Origin: Minisyncoccota bacterium
Lineage (GTDB): Bacteria > Patescibacteriota > Minisyncoccia > Phycocordibacterales > UBA9973
Direction: 5' to 3'
Length of the DNA: 64,000 nt
Assembly (NCBI GenBank): GCA_031973235.1
Contig: DALYDM010000001.1
Span: forward strand, 16,129 to 80,128
Position 1 is the first letter of the stretch. Each line of letters opens with the position of its first letter. The translations under genes were made by a program, and so were the position numbers. The notes under the pieces are model-generated. The model saw only the letters and a program-made list of their open reading frames with translations. It ran no database searches and had not been told where the DNA came from. Shown here piece after piece: positions 36,278-46,311 of this stretch.

Positions 36278-37331
36278 ATTCTTCATCTTGACTTGGTTTG
36301 TCTATCGAAAGTACTGTGAGTTCTGGTGATGCACCTGTGATCCTCATAACATCTTTGTCTATTTTTTTGAGCTCTTTATTTGCAAGGTTGTATTGATTGA
36401 CTGTGGTTCCGAGTGCATTGCCGAGTTTTGTATTGTATTCTTCGTATGCTTTAACATGTTTTCCGAGTTCTTCAACACGCTTCACGATTTCTTTCGCTGA
36501 CTCTTCAATTTGCATTGCTTTTAATCCTTGAAGTACAGTTTGAAGATATGCCAGAAATGAAGTAGGAGAGACGATGATGACTTTGTATTTGCCCGCAGCA
36601 CGCTGGATGAGGTTGTCTGTATCTTCAGTGATTGCACCGACTTTACCAATGAGGAGATCATAATATATCGCTTCGTGTGGAATAAACATAAATGCAAAAT
36701 CCATTGTATTTTCCGATGGTCTAATATACTTTGAAGTTTCGACGATACGATTCTTCAAGTCGTTTACAAAAAGTTTTTCTAAACGATCTTTTTCTGTTGG
36801 ATCAGTTGTTTCTGAGAGTCTGTTGTAGTTTTCCAAAGAAAATTTTGAATCAATTGGAATTATCTTGTCTTTTACGAACACTACCGCATCAACAATTTCG
36901 TTGTTTGAAAATGTGTATTGCATTTGAAATTGTCCAGGAGGAAGAACATTTTTGAGGAGTGTTTCAAGATAATATTCTCCTAGAATTCCACGCTGTTTTG
37001 GATTTTTCAAAATGTCTTGGAGGTTTTTGAGTTGATCAGCAAAAGACACAACTTGCTTGTTGGTCTCATCGAGTCGTACGAGTTTCTCGGTGATATCCCG
37101 AATAATTTTTTGTGATTCGCCAGATTGATAGCGAATAGATTCGTTGACTTGTTTGTGGGATTCACCAAGTTTTTGGTCGACGGTGCGAGTGAGAGTGTCG
37201 AATTGTTGCAAGAGAAGCTGCATTGCGCGGTCGTCTTGCACAACAGGCTTATTTTTACGAGAAATTACGACAATAAGTCCGATGCCAAGTCCAAGTACAA
37301 CGATAGATAGAATTATAAGTGCGATTTGCAT
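36276..37331 (-). CDS. rmuC: DNA recombination protein RmuC
   Basis: 351 aa with an N-terminal TM, a long coiled-coil and the RmuC C-domain (FMFIPHEAIYYDLL...VIIVSPTSFLAYLQTV). Confidence 0.8.
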   Translation of the reverse strand: MQIALIILSIVVLGLGIGLIVVISRKNKPVVQDDRAMQLLLQQFDTLTRTVDQKLGESHKQVNESIRYQSGESQKIIRDITEKLVRLDETNKQVVSFADQLKNLQDILKNPKQRGILGEYYLETLLKNVLPPGQFQMQYTFSNNEIVDAVVFVKDKIIPIDSKFSLENYNRLSETTDPTEKDRLEKLFVNDLKNRIVETSKYIRPSENTMDFAFMFIPHEAIYYDLLIGKVGAITEDTDNLIQRAAGKYKVIIVSPTSFLAYLQTVLQGLKAMQIEESAKEIVKRVEELGKHVKAYEEYNTKLGNALGTTVNQYNLANKELKKIDKDVMRITGASPELTVLSIDKPSQDEE

Positions 37332-37335
37332 AAGA

Positions 37336-38061
37336 TTATTGCTTTCCTAAATAATATTTTAACGTATAAATCCAATCTTCTTCGTCTGCCTCATTTTGCA
37401 TTTTTTGTTTGAGAAGCCAATCAAGATATCCTGAATCGATCTTCGCTACTTCTGAGACTTTTTTTCCAGTATGTTTTCCAAAGGTAAACATACTCATTAG
37501 TGACGGGCGTGAAGAAATCTCGAGCATTTGATTTAAAAGTTGATCTTCGTCATCTGTACCGAGTTCTTTTTTGAGTGCATCTTTGAGTCTCGGGAAAAGT
37601 TGTTCGAGTACAAGTACGTCACCAAGTGCGTCGTGAGCCTGTGCCTCAATTTCAATTTCTAAGTAATAACGGAGGTATTGGAGATTGTATCGAGGAATCT
37701 TGTCTTCCTTATCGAGATGTCGAGCAAGACGAAGTGTGCAAATAACATTTTTTGGTACTATTCTTTCTTTTTCAAACATACCCACATCAAATCGTGCATT
37801 GTGTGCGATAAAGATTGAATCTTCGTCTTCAAGAAGTTTTTTGACTGATGTGTATTCTGCACTTTCTTTGAATACTGGTTTGTCTGCAACCATTTTGTTG
37901 GTGATGTGAGTCACAGCACTTGCTTCTGGCGGAATCTTCTTTCCTGGATTGTAGAGTGCTTCAAAAACCGCATCATCGTATTTGTACGCAATTTGGCATA
38001 GTACATCATCGGGTCCATTGCCGGTAGTTTCGGTATCAATAAAAATAAATCTCTTGCTCAT
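37336..38061 (-). CDS. DnaQ-like 3'-5' exonuclease fused to C-terminal DUF3820-like domain
   Basis: Exo motif I FIFIDTETTG, then HNARFDVGMF and HDALGD (DEDDh). C-terminal FGKHTGKKVSEVAKIDSGYLDWLL. Start at ATG 38061 (MSKRFIFID). Confidence 0.7.
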   Translation of the reverse strand: MSKRFIFIDTETTGNGPDDVLCQIAYKYDDAVFEALYNPGKKIPPEASAVTHITNKMVADKPVFKESAEYTSVKKLLEDEDSIFIAHNARFDVGMFEKERIVPKNVICTLRLARHLDKEDKIPRYNLQYLRYYLEIEIEAQAHDALGDVLVLEQLFPRLKDALKKELGTDDEDQLLNQMLEISSRPSLMSMFTFGKHTGKKVSEVAKIDSGYLDWLLKQKMQNEADEEDWIYTLKYYLGKQ

Positions 38062-38137
38062 ATATATGAAGTATATAGTATTTTTATAAATAATGTACTG
38101 TTTAATTTTATTGAATCTAATGGTATAATCCTCGTAT

Positions 38138-38596
38138 ATGAACAATCTTCAAGACTCAATTTCACAGCAAATTAAGGATGCAATGATGGCAAAGGATCAA
38201 GTTCGACTTGATACACTTCGAAGTGTGAAGTCTGCCTTCACTAATGAACTCGTCGCAAAAGGTCGTAAACCCACAGAATCACTTTCTGATGAGGAATGTA
38301 TAGCGGTTATTACAAGGCTTGCAAAGCAACGAAAGGATTCAATTGAGCAATTCACAAACGGCGGACGACCAGAACTTGCAGCAGAAGAGAAGGCCCAGCT
38401 TGATGTTCTTTCGGCATTTCTTCCTCAGATGATGTCAAAAGAAGATGTGATGAATATCGCAATCGCAAAAAAATCAGAACTTGGCATTGAAGACAAATCT
38501 AAAGCAGGAATTCTTATGTCTAATCTGATGAAAGACCTCAAAGGTAAGGCTGACGGTACATTAGTAAAAGAAGTTGTTGATTCTCTATTTTCATAA
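38138..38596 (+). CDS. GatB/YqeY domain protein
   Basis: 152 aa; IKDAMMAKDQVRLDTLRSVKSAFTNE...LAKQRKDSIEQF pattern. Confidence 0.75.
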   Translation: MNNLQDSISQQIKDAMMAKDQVRLDTLRSVKSAFTNELVAKGRKPTESLSDEECIAVITRLAKQRKDSIEQFTNGGRPELAAEEKAQLDVLSAFLPQMMSKEDVMNIAIAKKSELGIEDKSKAGILMSNLMKDLKGKADGTLVKEVVDSLFS

Positions 38597-38599
38597 ACT

Positions 38600-38914
38600 A
38601 TGTTTGAAAAATTTTCACCTGAAGAAAATAATGATGATATTCAATTAAAGATTGACACGAACTCTGCTCAGCTTGAGTATGTTCAGAAAAGGCTTCTTGA
38701 GCGTGAAGAAGATGATCAAGAGCAGTCAAATCTCAATGATGAACAACGAGAAGCGTTGCGTAAGCTGCTTCTTGAAACTGGCCAAAAATTAAGTATGTAC
38801 AAACAATTTCAAGATTCAATAAACTCAAAATCACAAGAAGCAAAAGTGATAGAGATGAAACCTGATGAAGATATTGAAGACGAAGATCAAAATCGATTTA
38901 GAAAAGCAATCTAA
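38600..38914 (+). CDS. acidic coiled-coil protein (hypothetical)
   Basis: 104 aa, rich in D, E and Q. Confidence 0.3.
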   Translation: MFEKFSPEENNDDIQLKIDTNSAQLEYVQKRLLEREEDDQEQSNLNDEQREALRKLLLETGQKLSMYKQFQDSINSKSQEAKVIEMKPDEDIEDEDQNRFRKAI

Positions 38915-38938
38915 TTTATTATTAGCTTTTTAATTATT

Positions 38939-39283
38939 ATGAAAATTATTTTACATTGGCTCATTATCACAGGTGCAGTCCTCGCAACACCGTATGTGGT
39001 GGACGGCATTAGTGTGACATCTTTTGTTACCGCGCTTATTGTGGCGGCGATTTTGGGATTTATTAATACTATTATTAAACCAATTATTTCAATTCTCACA
39101 CTTCCACTCAATCTTCTAACGCTTGGGTTGTTTTCACTTGTCTTGAACGGACTTTTCTTTTGGCTTGTTGCAAGTGTGATCACAGGATTTAATGTGGATG
39201 GTTTCAAAGCTGCATTCCTCGGTGCAATCGTGGTGTCTGTTATCAACTGGCTGGGATCAAAGATTCTCAAAAAAGACGACTAA
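38939..39283 (+). CDS. DUF360 / phage-holin-4-like small membrane protein
   Basis: 114 aa, four helices, FWLVASVITGFNVDGF matches the DUF360 core. Confidence 0.55.
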   Translation: MKIILHWLIITGAVLATPYVVDGISVTSFVTALIVAAILGFINTIIKPIISILTLPLNLLTLGLFSLVLNGLFFWLVASVITGFNVDGFKAAFLGAIVVSVINWLGSKILKKDD

Positions 39284-40185
39284 TGTTTGGATTTAAAAAA
39301 AAGACAATTGCTGTTCATGATGGAGGCTTTCATACTGATGATGTATTTGCGTGTGCGACATTGGCACTTTATTTCGATATCAATGGAATTTCATACAGAA
39401 TAATCCGAACACGAGATGAGAAGATTATTAACGAGGGTGATATTGTTGTTGATGTCGGAAGTGTGTATGACCCAAAGAATGGTAGATTTGACCATCATCA
39501 AAAAGAAGGAGCCGGAATTCGAGAAAATGGAATTCCATTTGCATCATTTGGACTTGTGTGGATGGAGTATGGAAAGAAAATTGTAACTTCAAATGAAGCA
39601 TGGAAAAGAATTGATGAAAAACTCGTGCAACCAATCGATGCAGGAGACAATGGTGTGTCTACGTTTGAACTCACTTCATTTGGTGTGAGACCATATTTAA
39701 TTTCTGATGTGATCGGATTATTTACATCGAACTTCAATGAACCAGAAGAAATCAATGAGATAAATTTTCTCGAGATGGTGAATTTTGCAAAAAAAGTTCT
39801 TGCACGGGAAATTAAGAATACTACTGAATTTTTCGAATCAATATCAAAGGTTGAAAAAATATACCAAGATACATCTGATAAAAGAATTATTGTGATGTCT
39901 GAAAGTTTGCCGTGGAAAGAAGTCATGCAATCACACATTGAGCCAATTTTTGTAGTATATCCACGTAGTGATGGAAATTGGGGTATCCATGGAGTAAAAA
40001 AAGAAAAAGTTGGCTTTGAAATACGAAAAGAATTTCCAAAAGAATGGTCAGGATTGCGTGATGAAGAACTTTCAAAAATTTCAGGCATTAGTGACGCAGT
40101 GTTTTGTCATAAAGCATGTTTTCTTTGTGTGGTTAAATCAAAAGAATCTGCAATTAAAATTGCTCAAATTGCATTAGCTCAATAA
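39283..40185 (+). CDS. MYG1/UPF0160 family metal-dependent hydrolase
   Basis: HDGGFHTDDVFACATL...DIVVDVGSVYDPKNGRFDHHQ. Confidence 0.7.
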   Translation: MFGFKKKTIAVHDGGFHTDDVFACATLALYFDINGISYRIIRTRDEKIINEGDIVVDVGSVYDPKNGRFDHHQKEGAGIRENGIPFASFGLVWMEYGKKIVTSNEAWKRIDEKLVQPIDAGDNGVSTFELTSFGVRPYLISDVIGLFTSNFNEPEEINEINFLEMVNFAKKVLAREIKNTTEFFESISKVEKIYQDTSDKRIIVMSESLPWKEVMQSHIEPIFVVYPRSDGNWGIHGVKKEKVGFEIRKEFPKEWSGLRDEELSKISGISDAVFCHKACFLCVVKSKESAIKIAQIALAQ

Positions 40186-40257
40186 TTTACATAATAGGAA
40201 AAAGTGTTTTAATGTGCTAGTATTCAATAACTTAATTAATATTTAAATACTAAATTC

Positions 40258-41271
40258 ATGGCTTTCGTAGACGAACTAACTATATATGCAGAAGCAGGCG
40301 CTGGGGGAAACGGCGTTGTTCGTTGGCGTCAGGAAAAATTTATACCAAAAGGAGGGCCAGCTGGAGGAAACGGTGGCCGAGGAGGGGATGTGTTTGTGGA
40401 AGCAGTTCGGGATATTTATATTCTTGCCAAGTACAAAGGTAACAACAAATTTCATGCAGAACGTGGTGAAGACGGACGTGGATCAAGTGAGCATGGAGCA
40501 AATGGTGACGATGTGGTAATTCAGCTACCAATAGGTTCTGTGATTACAAACAAGGAAACAGGTCGTGTCGTGCGACTCGACAACGAAGGCGAGAAAATAC
40601 AGATTCTTCGCGGAGGTTCTGGTGGATATGGAAATGAACATTTCAAGTCTTCAATCAATGTCTCACCTCAAGAGCAAAAAGATGGAAGAGAGGGAGATAA
40701 AGGTGAATTTAGAGTTGAGCTTGAACTTTTTGCTGATGTAGGACTCGTGGGGCTACCAAATGCAGGGAAGTCATCACTGCTCAATTCGCTTACAAATGCT
40801 AAGGCGAAAGTCGGCGACTATGCCTTTACCACACTTGATCCAAACCTTGGAGCATTTTATGGATATGTGATTGCAGACATTCCGGGAATTATTGAAGGTG
40901 CATCAGAAGGCAAAGGACTTGGAACAAAATTCCTTCGTCATATCAAACGCACAAAAATGCTCGCTCATCTTATTTCGTTTGAAAATGAAGACATGCTAGG
41001 TATGTACAAACAAATTCGTAAAGAACTCAAAAACTATGGAAATGGTTTGGATGAAAAAGATGAAGTGATTGTTCTCACAAAAACAGATGTTACTGAGGAG
41101 AAAAATATCTCGAAAGTTAAAAAAGAATTTGAAAAATTGGGCAAGCCAGTTTTCACACTCTCGCTTTTTGATGATCAATCTATCAAATCTTTCCAAGACG
41201 AACTTGTCAAAATTCTAAGAGAAAAAGAAGAAAAGGAAAAAGCAGAAAAAGAAAATACCGAAGCTGAATAA
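40258..41271 (+). CDS. obg: GTPase Obg/CgtA
   Basis: Gly-rich Obg fold (GGNGGRGGDV...GGSGGYGN) plus GTPase motifs G1 GLPNAGKSS, DIPG and TKTD. Confidence 0.92.
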   Translation: MAFVDELTIYAEAGAGGNGVVRWRQEKFIPKGGPAGGNGGRGGDVFVEAVRDIYILAKYKGNNKFHAERGEDGRGSSEHGANGDDVVIQLPIGSVITNKETGRVVRLDNEGEKIQILRGGSGGYGNEHFKSSINVSPQEQKDGREGDKGEFRVELELFADVGLVGLPNAGKSSLLNSLTNAKAKVGDYAFTTLDPNLGAFYGYVIADIPGIIEGASEGKGLGTKFLRHIKRTKMLAHLISFENEDMLGMYKQIRKELKNYGNGLDEKDEVIVLTKTDVTEEKNISKVKKEFEKLGKPVFTLSLFDDQSIKSFQDELVKILREKEEKEKAEKENTEAE

Positions 41272-41292
41272 TCAGCTTCGGTGGGGTTAAAT

Positions 41293-41673
41293 TTATCGCT
41301 TATGGAAGCGTGGTTTTGTTACTATGAAATTTACCCATCCTTTTGAAACATTAAGTTCGTAAGTGGATATCACTTTCGTTATGGATTCGTTGAAGTGAAG
41401 TTTGGATTGTGATCGGATGCAGTGTCGGTCAATTGTGTACAGTTCGTTGTAAAAATCAGTAATTTGACCCTTGTTTCGAAGTGTAGTGAGAGCTTCTGCA
41501 ATTATAGGATATCCCAGCACTGTGGTTTCTCGTATGAGCGATCCATTTTTCTCGCATGTATACTTTTTAAGTAAAAGTGACAATGCGCTATTGGGTTTTG
41601 TTTTTCTGATTTTACCCAAATAGTCTCGGTATGTGTACTGTGTCACATCATGTGCAATATTTATTTTTTTCAT
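41293..41673 (-). CDS. hypothetical protein
   Basis: 126-aa ORF with no motifs. Confidence 0.3.
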   Translation of the reverse strand: MKKINIAHDVTQYTYRDYLGKIRKTKPNSALSLLLKKYTCEKNGSLIRETTVLGYPIIAEALTTLRNKGQITDFYNELYTIDRHCIRSQSKLHFNESITKVISTYELNVSKGWVNFIVTKPRFHKR

Positions 41674-41727
41674 AGTAATAGTTTTTTACACCTTACTATT
41701 TCACTAAGTTGCTGTCAAATATCAAAA

Positions 41728-41759
41728 ATAGAGAGCCGGTGAAGGCTCTCTCTGTGTTT
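41728..41759 (-). terminator. rho-independent terminator (minus strand)
   Basis: agagagcc-ggtgaa-ggctctct; its reverse complement is followed by a T-run. Confidence 0.65.
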
Positions 41760-41763
41760 TATT

Positions 41764-42096
41764 TCAAGGGCATATTTGCCTAGAAATATTTTTTGATAGT
41801 ACGGTTGGGATAACAGCAAAAATTGCAGTTAGATATATTACTGAAACTATTTTTATCACCAGTTCGATACTCCACTTATCAAATTGATGTGGGTTCAAAT
41901 TTAGAAGATAAGTGAATGCAATAGTAACTATTGCAAAAGAGAATGTTGCCGTTCTTTTATCACTTCCGCTGAGGTTGATGAGTGATGAAAGAATTAACAT
42001 TGCACCAGGCACGAACGATTCGATCTGGTTGTCGATAATGGATATGGCAATAATTGCCACTCCGGCTACTGCGAGTAATACAAGGATGTTTTTCAT
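41764..42096 (-). CDS. small membrane protein (hypothetical)
   Basis: 110 aa, three helices. Confidence 0.35.
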   Translation of the reverse strand: MKNILVLLAVAGVAIIAISIIDNQIESFVPGAMLILSSLINLSGSDKRTATFSFAIVTIAFTYLLNLNPHQFDKWSIELVIKIVSVIYLTAIFAVIPTVLSKNISRQICP

Positions 42097-42189
42097 ATGA
42101 AGACCTTTTGATTTAAAAATATAATATCATAAATTTAACTATTAGTCAAGAATAGAAAAAAGCCTTAATTTGCTATACTCAAACCATTC

Positions 42190-43605
42190 ATGGAAAATAA
42201 ATACTATCCAACAATCGGCCTTGAAGTCCACGCAGAAATGAGCACTCGCTCAAAGATGTTTTGTGGATGTAAGAATGACCCAAACGAAGAGCGACCAAAC
42301 GTAAATATTTGTCCTGTGTGTATGGCACATCCAGGAACTCTTCCTGTGATCAATAAGCAGGCAGTTGAAAACGTCATCAAGGTAGGGCTTTCTTTTGGTG
42401 CGAATATTGCAACAGACTTCACAGAATTTGATAGAAAAAATTATTTCTATCCAGATATTCCAAAAGGGTATCAGATTTCTCAATACAAATTTCCAATCGT
42501 CTCAGGTGGTACACTCGCGGGAGTTGATATCACACGAGTACACCTCGAAGAAGATACTGGGAATAGCAAGCATGACCGTGGAAATTATTCGCTCGTGGAT
42601 TACAACCGTGCAGGTGTGCCACTCATGGAGCTTGTGACCGAACCTGTGATTCATAGTGCAGAGCAGGCGGCGCGTTTTGGACGAGAACTTCAACTTCTTC
42701 TTCAGTATCTTGGTGTGTCAGAAGCAAACATGGAAAAAGGTGAAATGCGCGTGGAAGCAAATATTTCTTTGTCTGATAATCCAGATAAATTTGGAACAAA
42801 AGTAGAAGTCAAAAACCTCAATTCATTTCGAAGTGTTGAGCGTGCAATAAAATACGAACTCGCTCGAATGCAAGACTTGTATGAAGCAGGACGTCAAAAT
42901 GAAATTGTCCAGGAAACTCGCGGATGGGATGAATCAAAGCAGGTTACATTTTCACAAAGAAAAAAAGAAGATAGTCATGACTATCGATATTTCCCAGATC
43001 CAGATTTGCCAAAGCTAGTTCTCAAAGAAGTGTTTGATATTGAGAAATTAAGAAGTGAACTCCCTGAGCTACCTGAAGCAAAGCGAGCAAGATATGCAAA
43101 TGAATTTGGAATCAAAGCAGAGGATATCGAGACTTTTGTAAATGATGTAATACTCGGAAAATGGTTTGAGCAAGTTGCAGAAATTCTCGGTGATAAAGAG
43201 AAGATTAAAATCGCATCAAATTACACAACTTCAGACTTATTGGGGTTGATGAAAAATGATACAGAAGCAAAAATTCCAAATGAAAATGCATTTGCGGAAC
43301 TGATTTCAATGCTCGCTGATGGCACTATGTCGTCACGTGGTGCAAAAGATATTCTTGCCGTGCTCACTAAAGAAGACATCTCACCTTTGAAGTATGCAGA
43401 AGAACACGACATGCTTCAGAAAAACGACGAAGGAGCACTCAAAGAAATAGCGCAAAAGATTATTGATGCAAATCCTGCAGTTGTGGCTACCTATAAGAGC
43501 GGAAAAGAAAATGCACTTATGTCGCTTGTCGGACAGATAATGAAAGAGACGAAGGGAAGTGCGAATCCTCAAATTGTGCAAAAGATATTGAAAGAATTGA
43601 TATAA
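42190..43605 (+). CDS. gatB: Asp/Glu-tRNA amidotransferase subunit B
   Basis: YPTIGLEVHAEMST.SKMFCGC...NICPVCMAHPGTLP and a GatB/YqeY C-terminus. Confidence 0.92.
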   Translation: MENKYYPTIGLEVHAEMSTRSKMFCGCKNDPNEERPNVNICPVCMAHPGTLPVINKQAVENVIKVGLSFGANIATDFTEFDRKNYFYPDIPKGYQISQYKFPIVSGGTLAGVDITRVHLEEDTGNSKHDRGNYSLVDYNRAGVPLMELVTEPVIHSAEQAARFGRELQLLLQYLGVSEANMEKGEMRVEANISLSDNPDKFGTKVEVKNLNSFRSVERAIKYELARMQDLYEAGRQNEIVQETRGWDESKQVTFSQRKKEDSHDYRYFPDPDLPKLVLKEVFDIEKLRSELPELPEAKRARYANEFGIKAEDIETFVNDVILGKWFEQVAEILGDKEKIKIASNYTTSDLLGLMKNDTEAKIPNENAFAELISMLADGTMSSRGAKDILAVLTKEDISPLKYAEEHDMLQKNDEGALKEIAQKIIDANPAVVATYKSGKENALMSLVGQIMKETKGSANPQIVQKILKELI

Positions 43606-43658
43606 ATAAAAAGCCCCTATTTTGGGCGCTTTTTATTATTTTGCTACAATATATTCAT

Positions 43659-44723
43659 ATGAAAACAATCAAAGTAGCAATCAATGGATTTGGTCGAATA
43701 GGAAGAGCGTTTTTAAAAATTGCGTGGGAACGTCCAGAAATTGAAATTGTAGCAATCAATGACCTTGGCTCTATCGAAAGCCTCGCATATCTTTTGCGTC
43801 ATGACACTGTATATCGAAATTGGCATCACAAAGTAGAGGTACATGGTGCATCAACAGATCCAAGCAATCCAGAAAGTGCAGAGCACTATCTCGTTATTGA
43901 TGGGAAAAAAGTACGTTTTGTTTCTGAAAAAGATTCTACAAAGCTTCCATGGAAAGCACTTGATATTGATGTGGTAGTAGAATCAACTGGACTCTTCACT
44001 GCATTTGATAAGGCAAAGTTTCATCTTGATCAGGGTGCGAAGAAGGTGGTGATTTCTGCACCAGCAAAGGGAAGTGACGGAAGTGTGGCTGGTGAGACAA
44101 TTCTTCTTGGTGTAAATGAAGACAAGTTTGGTACTTGTGACATCACTTCAAATGCATCATGTACAACAAATGCTGCATCACCACTGATTGCGATTCTACA
44201 TGAAGCTCTTGGAATCGAAAAAGCTATTTTGAATACTGTACACGGATACACTGCATCTCAAGCACTTGTTGATGGTCCAAGTAAAAAGGATTTGAGAGAA
44301 GGTCGTGCTGCTGCACAAAACATTGTGCCATCTTCAACAGGTGCAGCGATTGCTGTGACGAAAGCATTTCCGGAACTCACGGGACTATTTGATGGAATTT
44401 CAATTCGTGTTCCTGTTCCTGCTGGTTCGATTGTCGATATCACTTTTATTTCAAAGCGTGCAACTACTGCCGAAGAAGTGAATGCAATTTTGCGTACTGC
44501 AGCCAAGAATCCTCGATGGGAAAAGCTGTTCGCTGTCACAGATGAACCTCTTGTATCAAGCGACATACTCGGCAACTCTCATGCATCAATTGCTGATCTT
44601 GAAATGACTCGTGTCGTGGGTGGGAATTTGGTGAAAGTTATGGGTTGGTATGATAATGAAATGGGGTATACGTATACACTAGTAGACCACGTAATAAAAA
44701 CTGGAAGAAAAATTAATAATTAA
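43659..44723 (+). CDS. gapA: glyceraldehyde-3-phosphate dehydrogenase
   Basis: NAD-binding INGFGRIGR and catalytic SNASCTTN; start at ATG 43659 (MKTIKVAINGFGRIGR). Confidence 0.92.
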   Translation: MKTIKVAINGFGRIGRAFLKIAWERPEIEIVAINDLGSIESLAYLLRHDTVYRNWHHKVEVHGASTDPSNPESAEHYLVIDGKKVRFVSEKDSTKLPWKALDIDVVVESTGLFTAFDKAKFHLDQGAKKVVISAPAKGSDGSVAGETILLGVNEDKFGTCDITSNASCTTNAASPLIAILHEALGIEKAILNTVHGYTASQALVDGPSKKDLREGRAAAQNIVPSSTGAAIAVTKAFPELTGLFDGISIRVPVPAGSIVDITFISKRATTAEEVNAILRTAAKNPRWEKLFAVTDEPLVSSDILGNSHASIADLEMTRVVGGNLVKVMGWYDNEMGYTYTLVDHVIKTGRKINN

Positions 44724-44736
44724 TTTACTAACCACT

Positions 44737-44910
44737 ATGACTCTCATTGTAAAAGTTTTATCAACTATAGGCGCACTAGTATTCGTCATTGCAGGTGTCA
44801 CAGGGAAAATGCTACCATTTGGAGATTTTCTCCAGCATGGTGCATTGTTGAGAATCTTTGAAGTATTACTAGGCATGGTATTACTTTATAATGTTTCAAG
44901 ATTAAAATGA
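44737..44910 (+). CDS. small membrane protein (57 aa; below ORF-track cutoff)
   Basis: MTLIVKVLSTIGALVFVIAGVTGKMLPFGDFLQHGALLRIFEVLLGMVLLYNVSRLK lies between gapA and its duplicated 3' end. Confidence 0.3.
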   Translation: MTLIVKVLSTIGALVFVIAGVTGKMLPFGDFLQHGALLRIFEVLLGMVLLYNVSRLK

Positions 44911-44921
44911 CATGATATCGC

Positions 44922-44987
44922 AGTGAGAAAGGGTATACGTATACACTCGTGGATCATATGATTAAGACAGGGAACACAGTTAGGTAA
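44922..44987 (+). pseudogene. duplicated fragment of the gapA 3' end
   Basis: gggtatacgtatacactcgtggatcatatgattaagac... (GYTYTLVDHMIKTG) matches gggtatacgtatacactagtagaccacgtaataaaaac (GYTYTLVDHVIKTG) at the end of gapA, ~230 bp upstream. Confidence 0.6.
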
Positions 44988-45159
44988 CAAAACCAAATAT
45001 TTCGAGAAAAAGCTCTAAATTTAGGGCTTTTTATATTACTATTGACATTTATGCAAAAAGTTTTAGAATAAACATAAATAGTCCTTTCGAAATTTTTGAT
45101 TGGTGACCGGAGATTCAATACAATAATGGAATTTGTGGTAACCAATTAAAACAAAAAAA

Positions 45160-45498
45160 ATGAAAAATATAAATGAAATCCTCAAAATCATGAAAGGATT
45201 TGAGGCACTAAGTAATTTTAGCTTGAAAAAGGAAGTTACTTTTGAACAGGGTAATGGATCAATAAAGAATATACCGGTCATTGTTAGTCCTGGTGCGGTA
45301 TTTCGTGAAATCTTTGAAGACAGAACCCATGAATCATTTTCTTTCACTCCTTATGGAATAATCTCTCCTGGCGAGAAAATTATTTTATCAAAGGAAGAAA
45401 TCATATATTTGTTGAACAAAGAGCAGATAAAAATTATATCTTTTGATACAAACGGCATCCTGCTACATGGGTGCTGCTTTTTTATTTTTACTCGTTGA
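45160..45498 (+). CDS. hypothetical small protein
   Basis: 112 aa, no motifs. Confidence 0.3.
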   Translation: MKNINEILKIMKGFEALSNFSLKKEVTFEQGNGSIKNIPVIVSPGAVFREIFEDRTHESFSFTPYGIISPGEKIILSKEEIIYLLNKEQIKIISFDTNGILLHGCCFFIFTR

Positions 45499-45601
45499 TA
45501 TATAAACCTCTTCTTGGTAGACTAAAGGTAGGTGAGCCTACGTATCTTTATGTAGAATCTTGGAGTTTTAGTGAATTAGCAAATTAATAAATAAAATTTT
45601 T

Positions 45602-45952
45602 ATGGACAGCATGAATGAATCCAAAATCGATACCAACTTGAGACAAGCAGAGAATTCACCTAGTTTCTGGGAAGCATGGAAAGGAACAGCAGAAGGAGCT
45701 CTGGCTCATCTGGCAGAAGATATCTATGCCTATGAAGCAGAAAACAATGCATTCGGAAAAGGTATTGCGATAAATTATGGTGATAAAAATTTCTGGTATT
45801 CTCCAAGTGAAAAAGCATTATTTAATTCTGGAAACACTCGAATAACTTCTGAAGATATGAGAAGTATCGGGGATACTGTAATGCCAGAACAAATCAATCG
45901 ATTAATAGAACAAGCGTTACGCAATCTGGAGAAAAATGATGTAGTATCATAA
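45602..45952 (+). CDS. hypothetical small protein
   Basis: 116 aa, no motifs. Confidence 0.3.
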   Translation: MDSMNESKIDTNLRQAENSPSFWEAWKGTAEGALAHLAEDIYAYEAENNAFGKGIAINYGDKNFWYSPSEKALFNSGNTRITSEDMRSIGDTVMPEQINRLIEQALRNLEKNDVVS

Positions 45953-45977
45953 CTAATCAGCGTATACGTATGTACTT

Positions 45978-46268
45978 TTGGATTATGTTGTAAAAATAGA
46001 AATACAATTTAGTGCTATGGAAAACAACAATTTAATTGAAAATCAAATTGCATGGAATGTAACTGCCCAGAATATTTGGAATGAGTTTATTGGTGGAGGT
46101 AATGCACAACCGCTAGAAAATCAAGATGAAAGCCAGTATGTTGTAGAGAAACTCACATATCTTATGGAGCACAACGCAGAAAAGTACAGAGATATAGAAG
46201 GAATTGAAATCTATAAAAATATTACGAACTATATTCAAGACTTAAAAAATCTTCACAATCTCTCATAA
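45978..46268 (+). CDS. hypothetical small protein
   Basis: 96 aa, no motifs. Confidence 0.3.
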   Translation: MDYVVKIEIQFSAMENNNLIENQIAWNVTAQNIWNEFIGGGNAQPLENQDESQYVVEKLTYLMEHNAEKYRDIEGIEIYKNITNYIQDLKNLHNLS

Positions 46269-46311
46269 ATGCTAATTTTGGGAGATTTTTGTTTTGGGGT
46301 AGAATATACAC

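Noticed and set aside
29806-36300. Direct repeat of the tRNA-Glu 3' end (attR) to delimit the island
   Set aside because: I scanned the island edges (33650-33800, 35280-35370, 36235-36290) for ggttcgattccctgtagggtcacca-like sequence and found none, so the boundaries are not defined by an att repeat.
43641-43658. Upstream ATG 43641 as gapA start (track ORF MLQYIHMKTIK...)
   Set aside because: GAPDH N-termini begin at the MKxKVAINGFGRIGR dinucleotide-binding strand; the internal ATG 43659 is the plausible start. Similar upstream-extended track starts were trimmed for greA, alr, rpe, rplY, sigma copy 2 and the exonuclease.
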